A stretch of 64,000 nucleotides of DNA, from positions 41,897 to 105,896 of the forward strand of contig JBGAQA010000005.1 of assembly GCA_044220955.1 (NCBI GenBank), in the 5' to 3' direction. Source of the stretch: Sandaracinaceae bacterium (GTDB lineage Bacteria; Myxococcota_A; Polyangia; Polyangiales; Sandaracinaceae). The number at the start of each line of letters is the position of its first letter. Positions within the stretch are counted from its first letter, which is position 1. The position numbers and the translations under genes were made by a program. Of this stretch, positions 19,468 through 29,328 are shown piece by piece. The notes below the pieces were generated by a model. That model saw only the letters and a list, made by a program, of their open reading frames with translations, was not told the origin of the DNA and searched no databases.

Positions 19468-20289
19468 TCAGATCCCTCCGTGCTCGACGCGGAACGTCGA
19501 CTGCGCGCCGCCCAGACCGACCGCCGCGAGCATCGACGCGCAGTCTGGGTCGTCCGGGTCGGACATGCACCCGGCGGCGCCGCCCGCGTCGTGATCGAGA
19601 TCGCTCGCGGCGAAGAGGCCCGCGACGTCCACCACGATCGTGTCGTGCTCGACGTCGAGCCCGTCGAGCCTGATCTCGGGCGTGTTCTCGTTCGCGCAGA
19701 CACGGGTACCCGCGCGCGGGTCGCCGGTGCACGCGGTCGCGCCGAGGTGGAAGCGGATGCCGCCGGGCTGGCCCGTCGTGCGTCCGTCGACGCGGAAGTA
19801 CTTGTAGCCGTCGTTCCAGCCCCAGAACATCGAGGTGACGTTCAGCGGCGAGGGCTGGTTGTCGGCGTCGAGGTGATCGAGCGCCGCCGGGACGCCGAGG
19901 CGGAAGCGGACGCCCGCGTACGTCGCTCCGTCGTCGGGGACGGTGCCGCGCACGAGCACGTTCGTCGGCGCATTGCCCTCTTCGCAGCCAGCGCCGGCCT
20001 CGAAGTCGAGGAGCGCGACGCCGAGGGCCTGCCAGACTCCGTCGCCGGAGAGCGCGAGCGGCACCACGCGCCCGTCGGCGGTGAGCAGCGCCACGTCGTG
20101 GACGTACAGGCGGAAGTCGAGACCCGTGAACGTCGTGCCCGTCGTGCCGACACCGGCGAAGGTCCCGCCGCACGCGAAGGGCGCGTCGCCCACACGCCCG
20201 GAGAAGCGCAGCGTGACGGCCCGCGTGGGGACGTTGCCGCACGAGACCACGAGCGCGATCAGGGGCAGCGCGAGGAGCGACGACCGCAT
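19468..20289 (-). CDS. mbnP: MbnP-family copper-binding lipoprotein
   Basis: Lipobox VVSC; DFRLYVHDV, LLDFE, LGVP, PLN..SMFWGWNDGYKY (WxW motif), FHLGATAC, terminal GCMS. Confidence 0.9.
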   Translation of the reverse strand: MRSSLLALPLIALVVSCGNVPTRAVTLRFSGRVGDAPFACGGTFAGVGTTGTTFTGLDFRLYVHDVALLTADGRVVPLALSGDGVWQALGVALLDFEAGAGCEEGNAPTNVLVRGTVPDDGATYAGVRFRLGVPAALDHLDADNQPSPLNVTSMFWGWNDGYKYFRVDGRTTGQPGGIRFHLGATACTGDPRAGTRVCANENTPEIRLDGLDVEHDTIVVDVAGLFAASDLDHDAGGAAGCMSDPDDPDCASMLAAVGLGGAQSTFRVEHGGI

Positions 20290-20342
20290 CGCCGCCCAGG
20301 CTAGCGCGACCGGGCAGGACTGGAGGCCCCGGAAGTGCGAAT

Positions 20343-21626
20343 TCACGCGCGTGCCGCGGCTCGCGCGGCGTTTCGCCCGGCGAGCCAGCCCGTGAGCGTC
20401 GCGATGCCGAGGCCTCCGCCTGCGCCGGCGATGGGCACCTCGGCCAGGACGCTACCTGCCGCGAAGAGCGTCGGCAGCTTGGCCCGGCCGCTCGCGTCGA
20501 GCGGACGCATGTCCTCGTCGACGCCCACCCCGACACGAAAGCCAGGAGCCTCCGCCGCGGTGTCGGCCTCGAAGAGCGCGCTCGTGTCCGACGACGGAAG
20601 GGGCCTGCCGTCGACGTAGCCGGGGAGGCCGAAGAGCGGCTCGATCGCCTCGTCGCGCCGGAAGACGAGGCCCCCGGCGAGGTGGCGGCCGGTCGCGAGC
20701 ACGACGGCGCCCGGGCGATGGGTGGTGCGATCCGTCTCGAGGGTGCGGCCGCTGGCCCGCAGCACGGGCGAGCGCTCGTAGCTGGCCTGCGACCGGGCGA
20801 ACCCGCGCGCCAGCGCGCGGACCAGGCGCGCGCTCTGCGGCCCCGTGAGAGAGCTGGCCCACTCGCCGATGGGCATCGCGAGCGCGGATCGGACGCGGGA
20901 CCAGGCGGTGTCGTCGTGCTCGCCGAGGAGCGGCGGCAGGAGCACGCCATCGAAGCTGGAGCCGCCCAGGGCGCGGTCGAGCGCACGGACGAGGCGATCA
21001 CGCGCGCGATCGTCGTCGAAGAGCGCGCCCGCCTCGTGCGGGTGTAGCCACACGTCGCGGCCCCGGCGCAGCATCTCCACCTCGACGGCGCAGAACCGCC
21101 GCGGGTCCCCCGCCCGGACGGCCACCTCGCCGAGCGAGGCGGCGACGAAGGCACCGTCGTGCGCGCGCGCCGCGGGGAACGTCGCGACGGCGATGCGCCC
21201 GCGCGGGAGCGCGGCGAGATCGAGCAGGGCGCGCTGGGCCGTGGCCACGCGCCGCACGAGTCCGACGTCGGTCGCGACGAGCGCAGGCGGGGCGCCGAGA
21301 TCGAGCGGCGCGTAGATGCCCAGGGCCGCCAGCACGGCGGCGTGCGCGCGCGCGGCGAGCTCGGGTAGCTCGGCGACGTGCGCCGCGAGCGGGTGCGCCT
21401 TGCGCGCCTCGACCGTCTCGACGAGCAGGGCGGCGCTCGAGCGCGCGTCTCCCAGGGCAGCGGCGGCGCGCGCGGGGGCGAGGCCGAGGTCCCACGTCCC
21501 GCCCGCGAGCGACGATGCGCCCGGGCTCGCGTCGAGGACGGTCACCCGAGCGCCCGCCTCCGTGGCCGACAGCGCGGCGGCGAGGCCCGCGACGCCACCC
21601 CCGATCACCACGACCTCGGCGCTCAC
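20343..21626 (-). CDS. GlpB-like FAD-binding subunit (anaerobic glycerol-3-phosphate dehydrogenase B family)
   Basis: VIGGGVAGL, GASSLAGG, VLATGRHLAGGL, EPLFGLP, GVGVDEDMRP, LFAAGSVL. Confidence 0.75.
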   Translation of the reverse strand: MSAEVVVIGGGVAGLAAALSATEAGARVTVLDASPGASSLAGGTWDLGLAPARAAAALGDARSSAALLVETVEARKAHPLAAHVAELPELAARAHAAVLAALGIYAPLDLGAPPALVATDVGLVRRVATAQRALLDLAALPRGRIAVATFPAARAHDGAFVAASLGEVAVRAGDPRRFCAVEVEMLRRGRDVWLHPHEAGALFDDDRARDRLVRALDRALGGSSFDGVLLPPLLGEHDDTAWSRVRSALAMPIGEWASSLTGPQSARLVRALARGFARSQASYERSPVLRASGRTLETDRTTHRPGAVVLATGRHLAGGLVFRRDEAIEPLFGLPGYVDGRPLPSSDTSALFEADTAAEAPGFRVGVGVDEDMRPLDASGRAKLPTLFAAGSVLAEVPIAGAGGGLGIATLTGWLAGRNAARAAARA

Positions 21627-23167
21627 TCGCCGCCTCCGTCCTCGCCGCTGGCGAGGCTCGACGCGGTCCAGCGCGCGTGCGCGAGCTCTTCCTGCGCGAG
21701 CGCCGCTCCGTCGAGCGCGGGGGCGCGCGCGACCCAGCGCTCGGCGAGGAAGCGGCGCGTCATCTCACGCGCGTCCGAGGGCGCGAGGGCGCGCTCCGCG
21801 CGGACGATCTCGGCGGCGCGCTGGGCGCAGAGCATGCCGCCGCACGCGCCGTGACCGAGCCCCGTACGGCGGCCCACGTCGCAGACGTCACGCGCGTGCT
21901 CGGCGCGAATCGCGTGCCGGATCTCGGCCTCCAGCACGGGCTCGCAGGCGCAGACGACGGAGGCCTCGGTGCGGCGCCTGCCGATGCGCGCGCCGATGTC
22001 GATCGCGCGCGCCCCATGCCGCAGCGCGACGCGCCGCGCGGTCGGCTCGGGGATCGCGAGCCGCTCGGCCACGAGGAAGGAGTCGACCGCCTCCTCCCCG
22101 CCGGGGAGCGCCGCGCTCTCCACGTCGCGCGATGCGCCGAGCCCCAGGTGCCCGGCGACGAGCGCCCCGATGGCGCCGGCGCGGGCGCGCGCGTCCCACG
22201 GCGTGCCCGCCGGGACCACGAACACGGGCGGCGCGGCCGCGGCGGCGAGCGTGCGACGGACACTCGCGTACGCGGCATCGATCCGCGCGTCGCGTAGCTC
22301 GGGGACGACGCGGGCCATCCGCGAGAGCAGCGTCCGCACCTCGTCGCGCGTCGCGAGCGTCGAGGGCGCAGGTCCCGCGCGCGCGCTCGCCGGACCGGTG
22401 ACGATGGTGACGTTGTGGAAGGGCACGATCGACGCGTCCGCGTCGACGATCGCGTGCGTGACGATCGCGTGCCCGAGCACGAGGTGCACCCGTCGCTCGC
22501 GAGGGAGCACGTCGGCCGCGCCGGGGATCGACTCGGCGCCGGTGGCGATGACGGCGGCGCGCGCGAGCAGGGTGTCGCCCGCGCGCGTCGTGACCCGCAC
22601 TCCCTCGGCGCCCGCGACGAGAGACACGACCTCCTCACGAAGTCGGAGGTCGGCGCCGTTCTCGATCGCATCGCGCGCGTACGCGAGCGAGAGCCGCCGC
22701 GCATCGACGCGCACACGCGTCGTCAGCAGCGCGCCGCGGTCGTCGTCGAGGCGCAGCGCGGCCTCGCGCGCTCGCGCGGCGCGCGGGTCGAGCACGTGGC
22801 GATCGGTCTGCTCACCGGCGCGCGCCCGCAAGGCGAGGAGCGCGTCCCAGCGCGCGAGCAGCCCGACCCCGCGCCGCGGCCCGGAGGCGAGCGCCAGCAC
22901 CCGCACGCTCGAAGCGAGGTGGGGCGCCGTCCGCACGAGGATCGACTCCTCCCGTGCTCGACGCGCGCGCGAGGCGGCGTCGCCGAGATCCTCGAGCTCG
23001 AGATCGCGCACGTCGACGGTGCCCTGCGCCGCGATCGACCCCCCCGCGGCGAGATCGTCCCGCTCGAAGAGGACCACGCGCGCGGCGCGCCGGGCGAGGT
23101 CACGCAGGGTGGACGTCCCGGCCAGACCTCCGCCGATCACCACGACGTCGACGTCGGCCGCGCTCAC
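21623..23167 (-). CDS. GlpA-like FAD oxidoreductase with C-terminal BFD-like [2Fe-2S] domain
   Basis: VIGGGLAG, LPGG, VVCACEPV...RRTGLGHGACGGMLC; translationally coupled to the glpB-like gene. Confidence 0.75.
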   Translation of the reverse strand: MSAADVDVVVIGGGLAGTSTLRDLARRAARVVLFERDDLAAGGSIAAQGTVDVRDLELEDLGDAASRARRAREESILVRTAPHLASSVRVLALASGPRRGVGLLARWDALLALRARAGEQTDRHVLDPRAARAREAALRLDDDRGALLTTRVRVDARRLSLAYARDAIENGADLRLREEVVSLVAGAEGVRVTTRAGDTLLARAAVIATGAESIPGAADVLPRERRVHLVLGHAIVTHAIVDADASIVPFHNVTIVTGPASARAGPAPSTLATRDEVRTLLSRMARVVPELRDARIDAAYASVRRTLAAAAAPPVFVVPAGTPWDARARAGAIGALVAGHLGLGASRDVESAALPGGEEAVDSFLVAERLAIPEPTARRVALRHGARAIDIGARIGRRRTEASVVCACEPVLEAEIRHAIRAEHARDVCDVGRRTGLGHGACGGMLCAQRAAEIVRAERALAPSDAREMTRRFLAERWVARAPALDGAALAQEELAHARWTASSLASGEDGGGE

Positions 23168-24087
23168 GCGGGCACAGTACCACCACCGTCGAGCACGGCC
23201 GAGACGCGCGGCAGCCGCTCGAGCGTGAAGCGCGAGACCAGCGCCTGCGGGGTCGTCCGCTCTCCGGGCGCGGCCAGACCGAGGCTCGCGGCCAGCCGCC
23301 CGACGATCGCATCCGGCGTCTCTCGTGCCGCGCGCAGCGCGTCGATGCCGATCGCGCCGTGCCGCTTCGCGAGCCGGTCCCCGTCGGCGCCGAGCACCAG
23401 GGGGACGTGCAGGAAGCCCGGCGGCTCGGCGCCGAGCGCCCGATGGAGCGCGATCTGACGCGGCACCGATGGGAGGAGATCCACACCGCGAACGACCTCG
23501 GTGATGTGCATGTCCATGTCGTCGACGACGACGGCGAGCTGGTAGGCGAACACGCCGTCGCTCCGCGCGACGACGAAGTCACCGCTCGCGATCCCGTCCT
23601 CGCGGCGGCCGAGGAGCGCGTCGTCGAAGGGCGCGCCGCGCTCGAAGCGGAAGCGCAGCGCGGCCGGGCGCTCGGGATGCGTGGGCCCGTTCCTGCACGT
23701 CCCGGGATACACCGGCTCCTCGCCGTGCGGCGCGCTCGCGAGCCCCGCGAGCTCCTTGCGCGTACACGTGCACGGATAGACGAGCCCGCGCGCACGGAGC
23801 GACGCCACGACCTCTCGATAGCGGTCGACGCGCATGCTCTGCACGTAGGGGGCGTAGGGCCCACCGACGTCGGGGCCCTCGTCCCAGTCCAGGCCGAGCC
23901 AGCGCAGCTCCTCGAGGATCGCCTCCGCCATGCCCGAGCGCGCGCGCGGTCCATCGAGGTCCTCGACCCGCAGCACGAAGGCGCCTCCCTCGCTCCGCGC
24001 GCGGAGCCAGGCGACGAGCGCCGTGCGCGCCGTGCCGAGGTGCACGTGACCGGTCGGCGAGGGAGCGAATCGGCCGCGGTAGCTCAC
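23164..24087 (-). CDS. gluQ: Glutamyl-Q tRNA(Asp) synthetase
   Basis: RFAPSPTGHVHLG, LRVEDLD, YPCTCTRKE, YPGTC, YQLAVVVDD, RLAKRHG; about 307 aa with no anticodon domain. Confidence 0.92.
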   Translation of the reverse strand: MSYRGRFAPSPTGHVHLGTARTALVAWLRARSEGGAFVLRVEDLDGPRARSGMAEAILEELRWLGLDWDEGPDVGGPYAPYVQSMRVDRYREVVASLRARGLVYPCTCTRKELAGLASAPHGEEPVYPGTCRNGPTHPERPAALRFRFERGAPFDDALLGRREDGIASGDFVVARSDGVFAYQLAVVVDDMDMHITEVVRGVDLLPSVPRQIALHRALGAEPPGFLHVPLVLGADGDRLAKRHGAIGIDALRAARETPDAIVGRLAASLGLAAPGERTTPQALVSRFTLERLPRVSAVLDGGGTVPA

Positions 24088-25271
24088 GCGCGCCGCACCC
24101 GATCGATGGACACCCACTCGTCCCAGGTGTCCGCGTAGTCGTCGTAGTGGACGAGGTGTACGCCGAGGCGCGCCTCGCGCACCGTCGCCGGGAACCACTC
24201 GTCGTTCCACTGGACCGACACGCGCGTGCCAGGCGCGTAGGCCAAAGGGGCGAAGGGTCGCGTCTCGCTCACGTCGACGGTCGCGTCCCAGCGCCGGGTG
24301 TAGCCGTCGTAGTGAACCGCGATCTGGCCATCGGGCTCGCCCGTGATCGTGGCGGGCCACCACGCGCCCTCGGAGAGCACCTCGATGCGCTCGCCGTAGC
24401 GGGCGCAGGGCGCGGCCGCGGCAGGCCCGAGCTGGAGCATGAGCGGGAACTCGCTCGTCTGCCGCACGCTCGCCAGCTGCCCGTCGGCGAACGCCATCTC
24501 TTCCTGCACGAAGCGGGAGAGATCCGCGACGGTCACGGTCCGGTCGCGATCACGGTCCGCGTACGCCGTGCCCTCGAAGGCCGAGATGATCGCGTCGGTG
24601 AACGTCCATGCGCCGGTCGACGTCTGGCTGGCGCTCGACGCGCCGAACCCCGCGCGCGGAGGGCCGCCGGGTCGGGCCATCACCTCGTCGGCGAGCGCGC
24701 CCGAGTAGCAGGTGTCGGCGAAGAGCAGCGCGCGCTGCATGCGGCCGTGCTCCTCGAGCGTGCGCACGATCTCCTCGTAGCCGAGGCAGGTGCTCGGGGT
24801 ATCGTCGCCGCCGTCGAAAGGGACCGCGTAGCTCGCGCCCGCCGCGGTGCGATCGCCGTGCCCCGCCCAGTAGAAGAGGAACGTGTCCGCAGGACCGGCG
24901 GCCTCGATCGCCGATCGCAGTCCGCCGCGCGCGGCGGCGAGCGTCGCGCCGCGATCCGTCAGGTGCGTGATGCGCGCCTCCGGGACGCCGCGGCGGACGA
25001 GCGCCTCGATCAGCGCGCGATCGCGCCGCTCGACGCGTGGGAACGAGTCGTAGAGGTCGTGGCGGTGCCAGCGCAAGAGGCCCGCCGCGAAGACGACGGT
25101 GCGCGCCGGCTCCCACACGGGCCAGACGTCGGGCCTCGGCGGCGGACCGGGCGCGGCGGGTGCCGAAGGCGGCAACGCCGGGGCCGCGGGGCCGCCCCCG
25201 AAGCAGCACGCCCCGAGGGGCAGGGTCACGCTCGCCGAGATCGCTCGCCTCAGGAACGTCCGCCGCCGCAC
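24084..25271 (-). CDS. Exported caspase-like (peptidase C14) protein with C-terminal Agenet/Tudor-like domains
   Basis: RRRTFL Tat-like signal and GACC lipobox; YWAGHG and FADTCYSG His/Cys dyad; two WxPATx...VHYDxY...WD repeats. Confidence 0.8.
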   Translation of the reverse strand: MRRRTFLRRAISASVTLPLGACCFGGGPAAPALPPSAPAAPGPPPRPDVWPVWEPARTVVFAAGLLRWHRHDLYDSFPRVERRDRALIEALVRRGVPEARITHLTDRGATLAAARGGLRSAIEAAGPADTFLFYWAGHGDRTAAGASYAVPFDGGDDTPSTCLGYEEIVRTLEEHGRMQRALLFADTCYSGALADEVMARPGGPPRAGFGASSASQTSTGAWTFTDAIISAFEGTAYADRDRDRTVTVADLSRFVQEEMAFADGQLASVRQTSEFPLMLQLGPAAAAPCARYGERIEVLSEGAWWPATITGEPDGQIAVHYDGYTRRWDATVDVSETRPFAPLAYAPGTRVSVQWNDEWFPATVREARLGVHLVHYDDYADTWDEWVSIDRVRRA

Positions 25272-25328
25272 GCCCCGACGATACCGCCGCCCCCGCTCGT
25301 CGCGCACCGACTATGATCGCCGCGCTCG

Positions 25329-26081
25329 ATGCTGCAGCTGCCCCCGCTCGACCTCGCGCTGCCGCTCGCGCTCGCGGCCGTGCTCGCGTTCTCGGTCGAG
25401 ACCGCGCTCGGCTTCGGCGCGACCCTCATCCTCGTCGCGATCGGCTCCTTCTTCGCCGACCTCGGCACGTTGCTCCCGGCCATCGCGCCGCTGAACCTCC
25501 TGCTCTCGCTCTACATCGTCTCCCGCTACCACCGCGAGATCGACCGGCGCGTGCTCCTCGGCAAGCTCGTGCCCCTCATGGCGCTCGGCCTGCCCATCGG
25601 CGTCGTGATCGTCGGCGCGCTCGACGCGTCGATGCTCAAGCGTCTGTTCGGCGTCTTCCTCGTGGCCGTGAGCTCGCTCGAGCTCTGGCGCGCACGCAAC
25701 GGCGAGGGGACGCGCCCACCCCTGGGACGCATCCCGGAGGGCGCGCTCCTGATCGCTGGCGGCGTGATCCACGGCGCCTTCATGACCGGCGGGCCGATGG
25801 CGGTCTACGTCGCCAGCCGGATCCTCCACGACAAGGGGCGCTACCGCGCGACGCTCTCGTCGCTCTGGGCGATCCTCAACGCGGCGATCCTCGTCACCTA
25901 CGGCCTGCGCGGCGAGCTCGGCCCGAGCGCCCGCGGCCTCTCGCTCGCGCTCCTGCCCGCGATCGTGCTCGGCATGGTGGTGGGCGAGGTCGCGTTCCGG
26001 CGCTTGCCGGTGACCGCGTTCCGGACGATGGTCTTCGCCATGCTCCTGGCCTCGGGTGTGGCGCTCGTGGTGCGCGGATGA
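25329..26081 (+). CDS. TauE/SafE sulfite exporter family
   Basis: ETALGFG, GAFMTGGP, about 8 TM helices. Confidence 0.88.
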   Translation: MLQLPPLDLALPLALAAVLAFSVETALGFGATLILVAIGSFFADLGTLLPAIAPLNLLLSLYIVSRYHREIDRRVLLGKLVPLMALGLPIGVVIVGALDASMLKRLFGVFLVAVSSLELWRARNGEGTRPPLGRIPEGALLIAGGVIHGAFMTGGPMAVYVASRILHDKGRYRATLSSLWAILNAAILVTYGLRGELGPSARGLSLALLPAIVLGMVVGEVAFRRLPVTAFRTMVFAMLLASGVALVVRG

Positions 26082-26091
26082 AGGTGCGCGA

Positions 26092-26799
26092 GTGAGCGCG
26101 CCCTCGCCCGTCGATGCCGCGGTGCTGCGAACCCGCGCGGCGCTCGCGCTCGCGTTCGTGCTCGGCCGCTACGTGCCCTTGCCCTTTCTCGACGACCTCG
26201 TGCGCGAGCGGATCGCGCGCGTGGTGGTGACCCGGGCGGCCACGAGCCTCGGGCACGCGCTCGAGCCGTCGGAGGCCGCGCGACTCGCGGCCAACTCGGA
26301 CGGCTGCCTCGGCTGCCTCGGGGCGATCCTCTGGGCGCCGCTCCGGCTACTGTTCTTTCCGATCGCGGTCCTGCTCAACCTTCGCCACGCGAGCCGCGAC
26401 CTCGTCGAGATCTTCGCGCTCGGGCGCACCATCGAGCGTGTGCTCGAGGACGCTCGCTACCCGGTCGCGGCGACGGCCGACGCGCGGCTCGCCTACGCGC
26501 GTGACGTGCGGGTGGCGTTCGACACCGCGAGGCGCGGGCTGGACGTGCAGGCGGTCGCGGGGCTGCTCTCGGTCGCGCTCGGCCCGATCCGCAAGATCGC
26601 GCCGGCCGCGTTCCGGATGATGCGCCGCGTCTGGCACGGCGACGACGACGCGACCGCCGACGCACGCGCGGACGCTCCGGCGAGCCGCCTCGCGGCCGCG
26701 CTCTCCGATCCGCGCATGAGGGACCTCTTCGCCGAGATCGATCGCCGCTTCGACGCGGCGCTGCTCGCCGAGCGCGCCAAGACGACGGACGCCCGCTGA
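26092..26799 (+). CDS. Hypothetical protein
   Basis: Coding-like bias; VPLPFLDD motif and a hydrophobic segment. Confidence 0.6.
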   Translation: MSAPSPVDAAVLRTRAALALAFVLGRYVPLPFLDDLVRERIARVVVTRAATSLGHALEPSEAARLAANSDGCLGCLGAILWAPLRLLFFPIAVLLNLRHASRDLVEIFALGRTIERVLEDARYPVAATADARLAYARDVRVAFDTARRGLDVQAVAGLLSVALGPIRKIAPAAFRMMRRVWHGDDDATADARADAPASRLAAALSDPRMRDLFAEIDRRFDAALLAERAKTTDAR

Positions 26800-26809
26800 G
26801 TCGCCCCAT

Positions 26810-28552
26810 TCAGGGCGAGACGACGTCCGCCATCGAGAAGTCGACGTCGAATGCCCGGTGTCTCCACGGCGCACGGCAGTGCTTGCGCGCGGCCGCGTGC
26901 GCGGGGGGGTCGGCGCGCAGCGCCAGGCACGCGCGGTAGTCGTCGACCGCCCCGCGACGATCGCCGGCGAGGTCCCGCGCACGCCCGCGGAAGAGATGGA
27001 ACGTCGCGCGCCGCTCCTCGTGCGGGTGGCCGAGCGCGATCGCGCGACCGAACGCCTCGCCCGCGGCGCTCGCCTCGCCGAGCTCGAGCGACGTGAAGCC
27101 GACGAGCGCGTGGAAGAGCGGCTCGCGTGGAGCGAGCGCCCGCGCCTCTTCGCACTCGGCCCGCGCCGCGCGCACGTCGTGCTCGTCGACGTACGCGCAG
27201 TACGCCCGTCGATAGTGCTCGAACGCCTCGCGCTCGCTCGCCGTCTCGCCGTCCTGCACGCGGAACGTCCCGCGTCCCTCGACCCAGTCGCCGGTCGCGA
27301 GCGAGAAGCACGCCATCTCGCCGCGGCTGGTCGGCGCCTCGCCCGTCCCGAGCCACAAGAGGCCCTGCTCCGGCTTGAACACCACGCTGGTGGTCGTCAT
27401 CACCATCGCGGTCGCCTCGCCGAGACGGCAGCCGTCGAGTCCCCGGGCGCCGATCACGCCGGCCACGACCTCCTCGTCGATCTTCCCACGCTGCGCCTCG
27501 AGCGCCTCGTTCGCGCGCCGATGGCGAGCGGCGTTGTGCCGCCAGTAGCTGCCGTAGAGGTTCGCCTCGGTGCGCCCGAGCTCGGGGTCGAGGTAGACGT
27601 TCGCGTAGCCGAACGTGGCGCGTCCGTCCCCTTTTCCGATGCGTCGCCGAGCGCGGCGCACGGGGTTCTCCTCCCAGCAGAGGATCTCGCCGTTCTTCCC
27701 GTCGGTGACGAGGTAGGTCCAGCAGCCGATCGGTGTGTGGCGCGACAGGATCGCCTCCGCCTCGTCGAGGTTCGACGCCTCCCGCATGACGAGGTCGCCC
27801 ACGACGCCGATGGGCGTCCCGCCGAGCGCCGCCTCTGCGGTGAACATGTGCTGGTGGACGCTGAGCGAGAGCCCTGCCTCGTTCATCGCGGTGACGCCGC
27901 CGAGGCCGACACCCGCCGACGCCGCCGACACGTACTTCTGACCGCGCTCCGGCTCGTGGAAGAGCAGCGCGGCGTTCGTGGGCCACGTCGAGACCCCGTG
28001 GTAGTCGAGGTTGCGCGCGTGGACCAGCTTGCCGTCGCGCGTCGCATCGCCCCACGCGATCGCGCTGGTGCAGCCGAGGCCGAGCGAGAACCGGTGCACC
28101 ACCGCCGGGCCCGGGGCCTTCAGCGCGATGAGCCGCGACGCCACCCAGAGCAGCGTGTCGGGCATCGTGCACCCCGCGAGCAGCTCGTCCGGGTCGAGGC
28201 CCGCGCCGGCGGCGATCCCCACGATGGTGTCGCGCGCGAAGTCGGGCATCCGTCGGGCGACACGGCCGCCGACGCCGGCCGAGAGGGCCGGCCAGACGAA
28301 GCGGCCGAGCGGGCCGACGGAGCGGCCCATGAGCTTCTCGATGTAGCGCCGGTAGTAGGGAATGGTGCCGGCGCGGACCTCGTCGCGCAGGAGCGCGCCG
28401 TGCTGCTCGCCCATCTCGCGAAACGAGCCGCGGAGGCGGAGCACGTTCACGTTGGCGACGCGACGGCCTTCTCCTTTGCCGTGGGATCGCCAGGGCGTGC
28501 GCTCGATGCGCGGGCTGGGGATCGGGGTGCTCGACACGTGCTCGATCGTCAT
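26810..28552 (-). CDS. C45-family Ntn autoproteolytic acyltransferase/hydrolase with C-terminal TPR
   Basis: GSFREMGEQHG, GLG|CTS cleavage site, HARNLDY, TAMNEAGL; TPR-like helices at the C-terminus. Confidence 0.85.
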   Translation of the reverse strand: MTIEHVSSTPIPSPRIERTPWRSHGKGEGRRVANVNVLRLRGSFREMGEQHGALLRDEVRAGTIPYYRRYIEKLMGRSVGPLGRFVWPALSAGVGGRVARRMPDFARDTIVGIAAGAGLDPDELLAGCTMPDTLLWVASRLIALKAPGPAVVHRFSLGLGCTSAIAWGDATRDGKLVHARNLDYHGVSTWPTNAALLFHEPERGQKYVSAASAGVGLGGVTAMNEAGLSLSVHQHMFTAEAALGGTPIGVVGDLVMREASNLDEAEAILSRHTPIGCWTYLVTDGKNGEILCWEENPVRRARRRIGKGDGRATFGYANVYLDPELGRTEANLYGSYWRHNAARHRRANEALEAQRGKIDEEVVAGVIGARGLDGCRLGEATAMVMTTTSVVFKPEQGLLWLGTGEAPTSRGEMACFSLATGDWVEGRGTFRVQDGETASEREAFEHYRRAYCAYVDEHDVRAARAECEEARALAPREPLFHALVGFTSLELGEASAAGEAFGRAIALGHPHEERRATFHLFRGRARDLAGDRRGAVDDYRACLALRADPPAHAAARKHCRAPWRHRAFDVDFSMADVVSP

Positions 28553-29328
28553 GCCTTGCTCCTCTTTCTCTTGCTCTGACTCGGCGGCGCGGGCGCGCCG
28601 GACGGGTAGCTCGGGCCCGAGGCCAGGGCCGCTGCAGCGACCAGTCGCGGCGAGGCCCACGCGTGGAACGCGCGCACCACCTGCTCGATCCCCGTCGCGT
28701 CCTTCTTGCGCACGAGGTCGACGAGGACCGTCATGCCCTGGAAGTGGGCCTCGTTCGCCGGTCGCACGATGCGGAACAGCTCGTCGAGATCGCGGCTCAC
28801 CACGCGGTTCCAGTGCGCGAGCATCTGGAACACGGGGTTCTGCGTCGCCTGCGCGACGGCCGCCGCGACGTCGGGGCTCCGCTCGGCGTACGCGTCCGCG
28901 TCACCGAGCGCCTCCCTGGCGCGCGCGAGCGCGGTGTCGAGTCGCTCGAGATCGGCCTTCGTGCGCCGCTCGGCTGCCAGGACGGACATCTTCACGTCGA
29001 GCTCCGCCCGCACCTCGAGCAGACCCTCGAGCACCCGCCGGTCGATCTTGCCGGGCTCGGGCGTGAGCAGCGCGCGCAGGACCTCGGGCGAGAGCGAGCG
29101 GAGCGGATCGAGGACCTCCGTCCCGCGGCGGCGCACCGGCCGCACGAGCCGATGCACCTCGAGCAGCTTGATCGCCTCGCGGACGACGCCCCGGTTGACG
29201 CCGTAGCGCGCCGCGAGCTCGTCCTCGCGCGGGAGGATCGCGCCGACGGCCCACTCGCCGCGGACGATGCCGCGCATGATGTCGTCCGCGACCGTGTCGG
29301 CCTTCCGCACGCGAGGACGATACATCAT
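28549..29328 (-). CDS. GntR/FadR-family transcriptional regulator
   Basis: LPREDELAARYGVNRGVVREAIKLL, FCD-like ATQNPVF; start uncertain. Confidence 0.9.
   Translation of the reverse strand: MMYRPRVRKADTVADDIMRGIVRGEWAVGAILPREDELAARYGVNRGVVREAIKLLEVHRLVRPVRRRGTEVLDPLRSLSPEVLRALLTPEPGKIDRRVLEGLLEVRAELDVKMSVLAAERRTKADLERLDTALARAREALGDADAYAERSPDVAAAVAQATQNPVFQMLAHWNRVVSRDLDELFRIVRPANEAHFQGMTVLVDLVRKKDATGIEQVVRAFHAWASPRLVAAAALASGPSYPSGAPAPPSQSKRKRSKA

Noticed and set aside
18348..20289. Methanobactin biosynthetic cluster
   Set aside because: No mbnA precursor, mbnB/C or TonB receptor in the window; mbnPH commonly occurs alone
20338..20346. CGAATTCAC, matching the core of the 189-245 repeat
   Set aside because: Single 9-bp match overlapping a stop codon; compatible with chance
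23164..24087. Truncated gltX pseudogene
   Set aside because: Length and motifs (YQLAVVVDD, no anticodon domain) fit an intact GluQ
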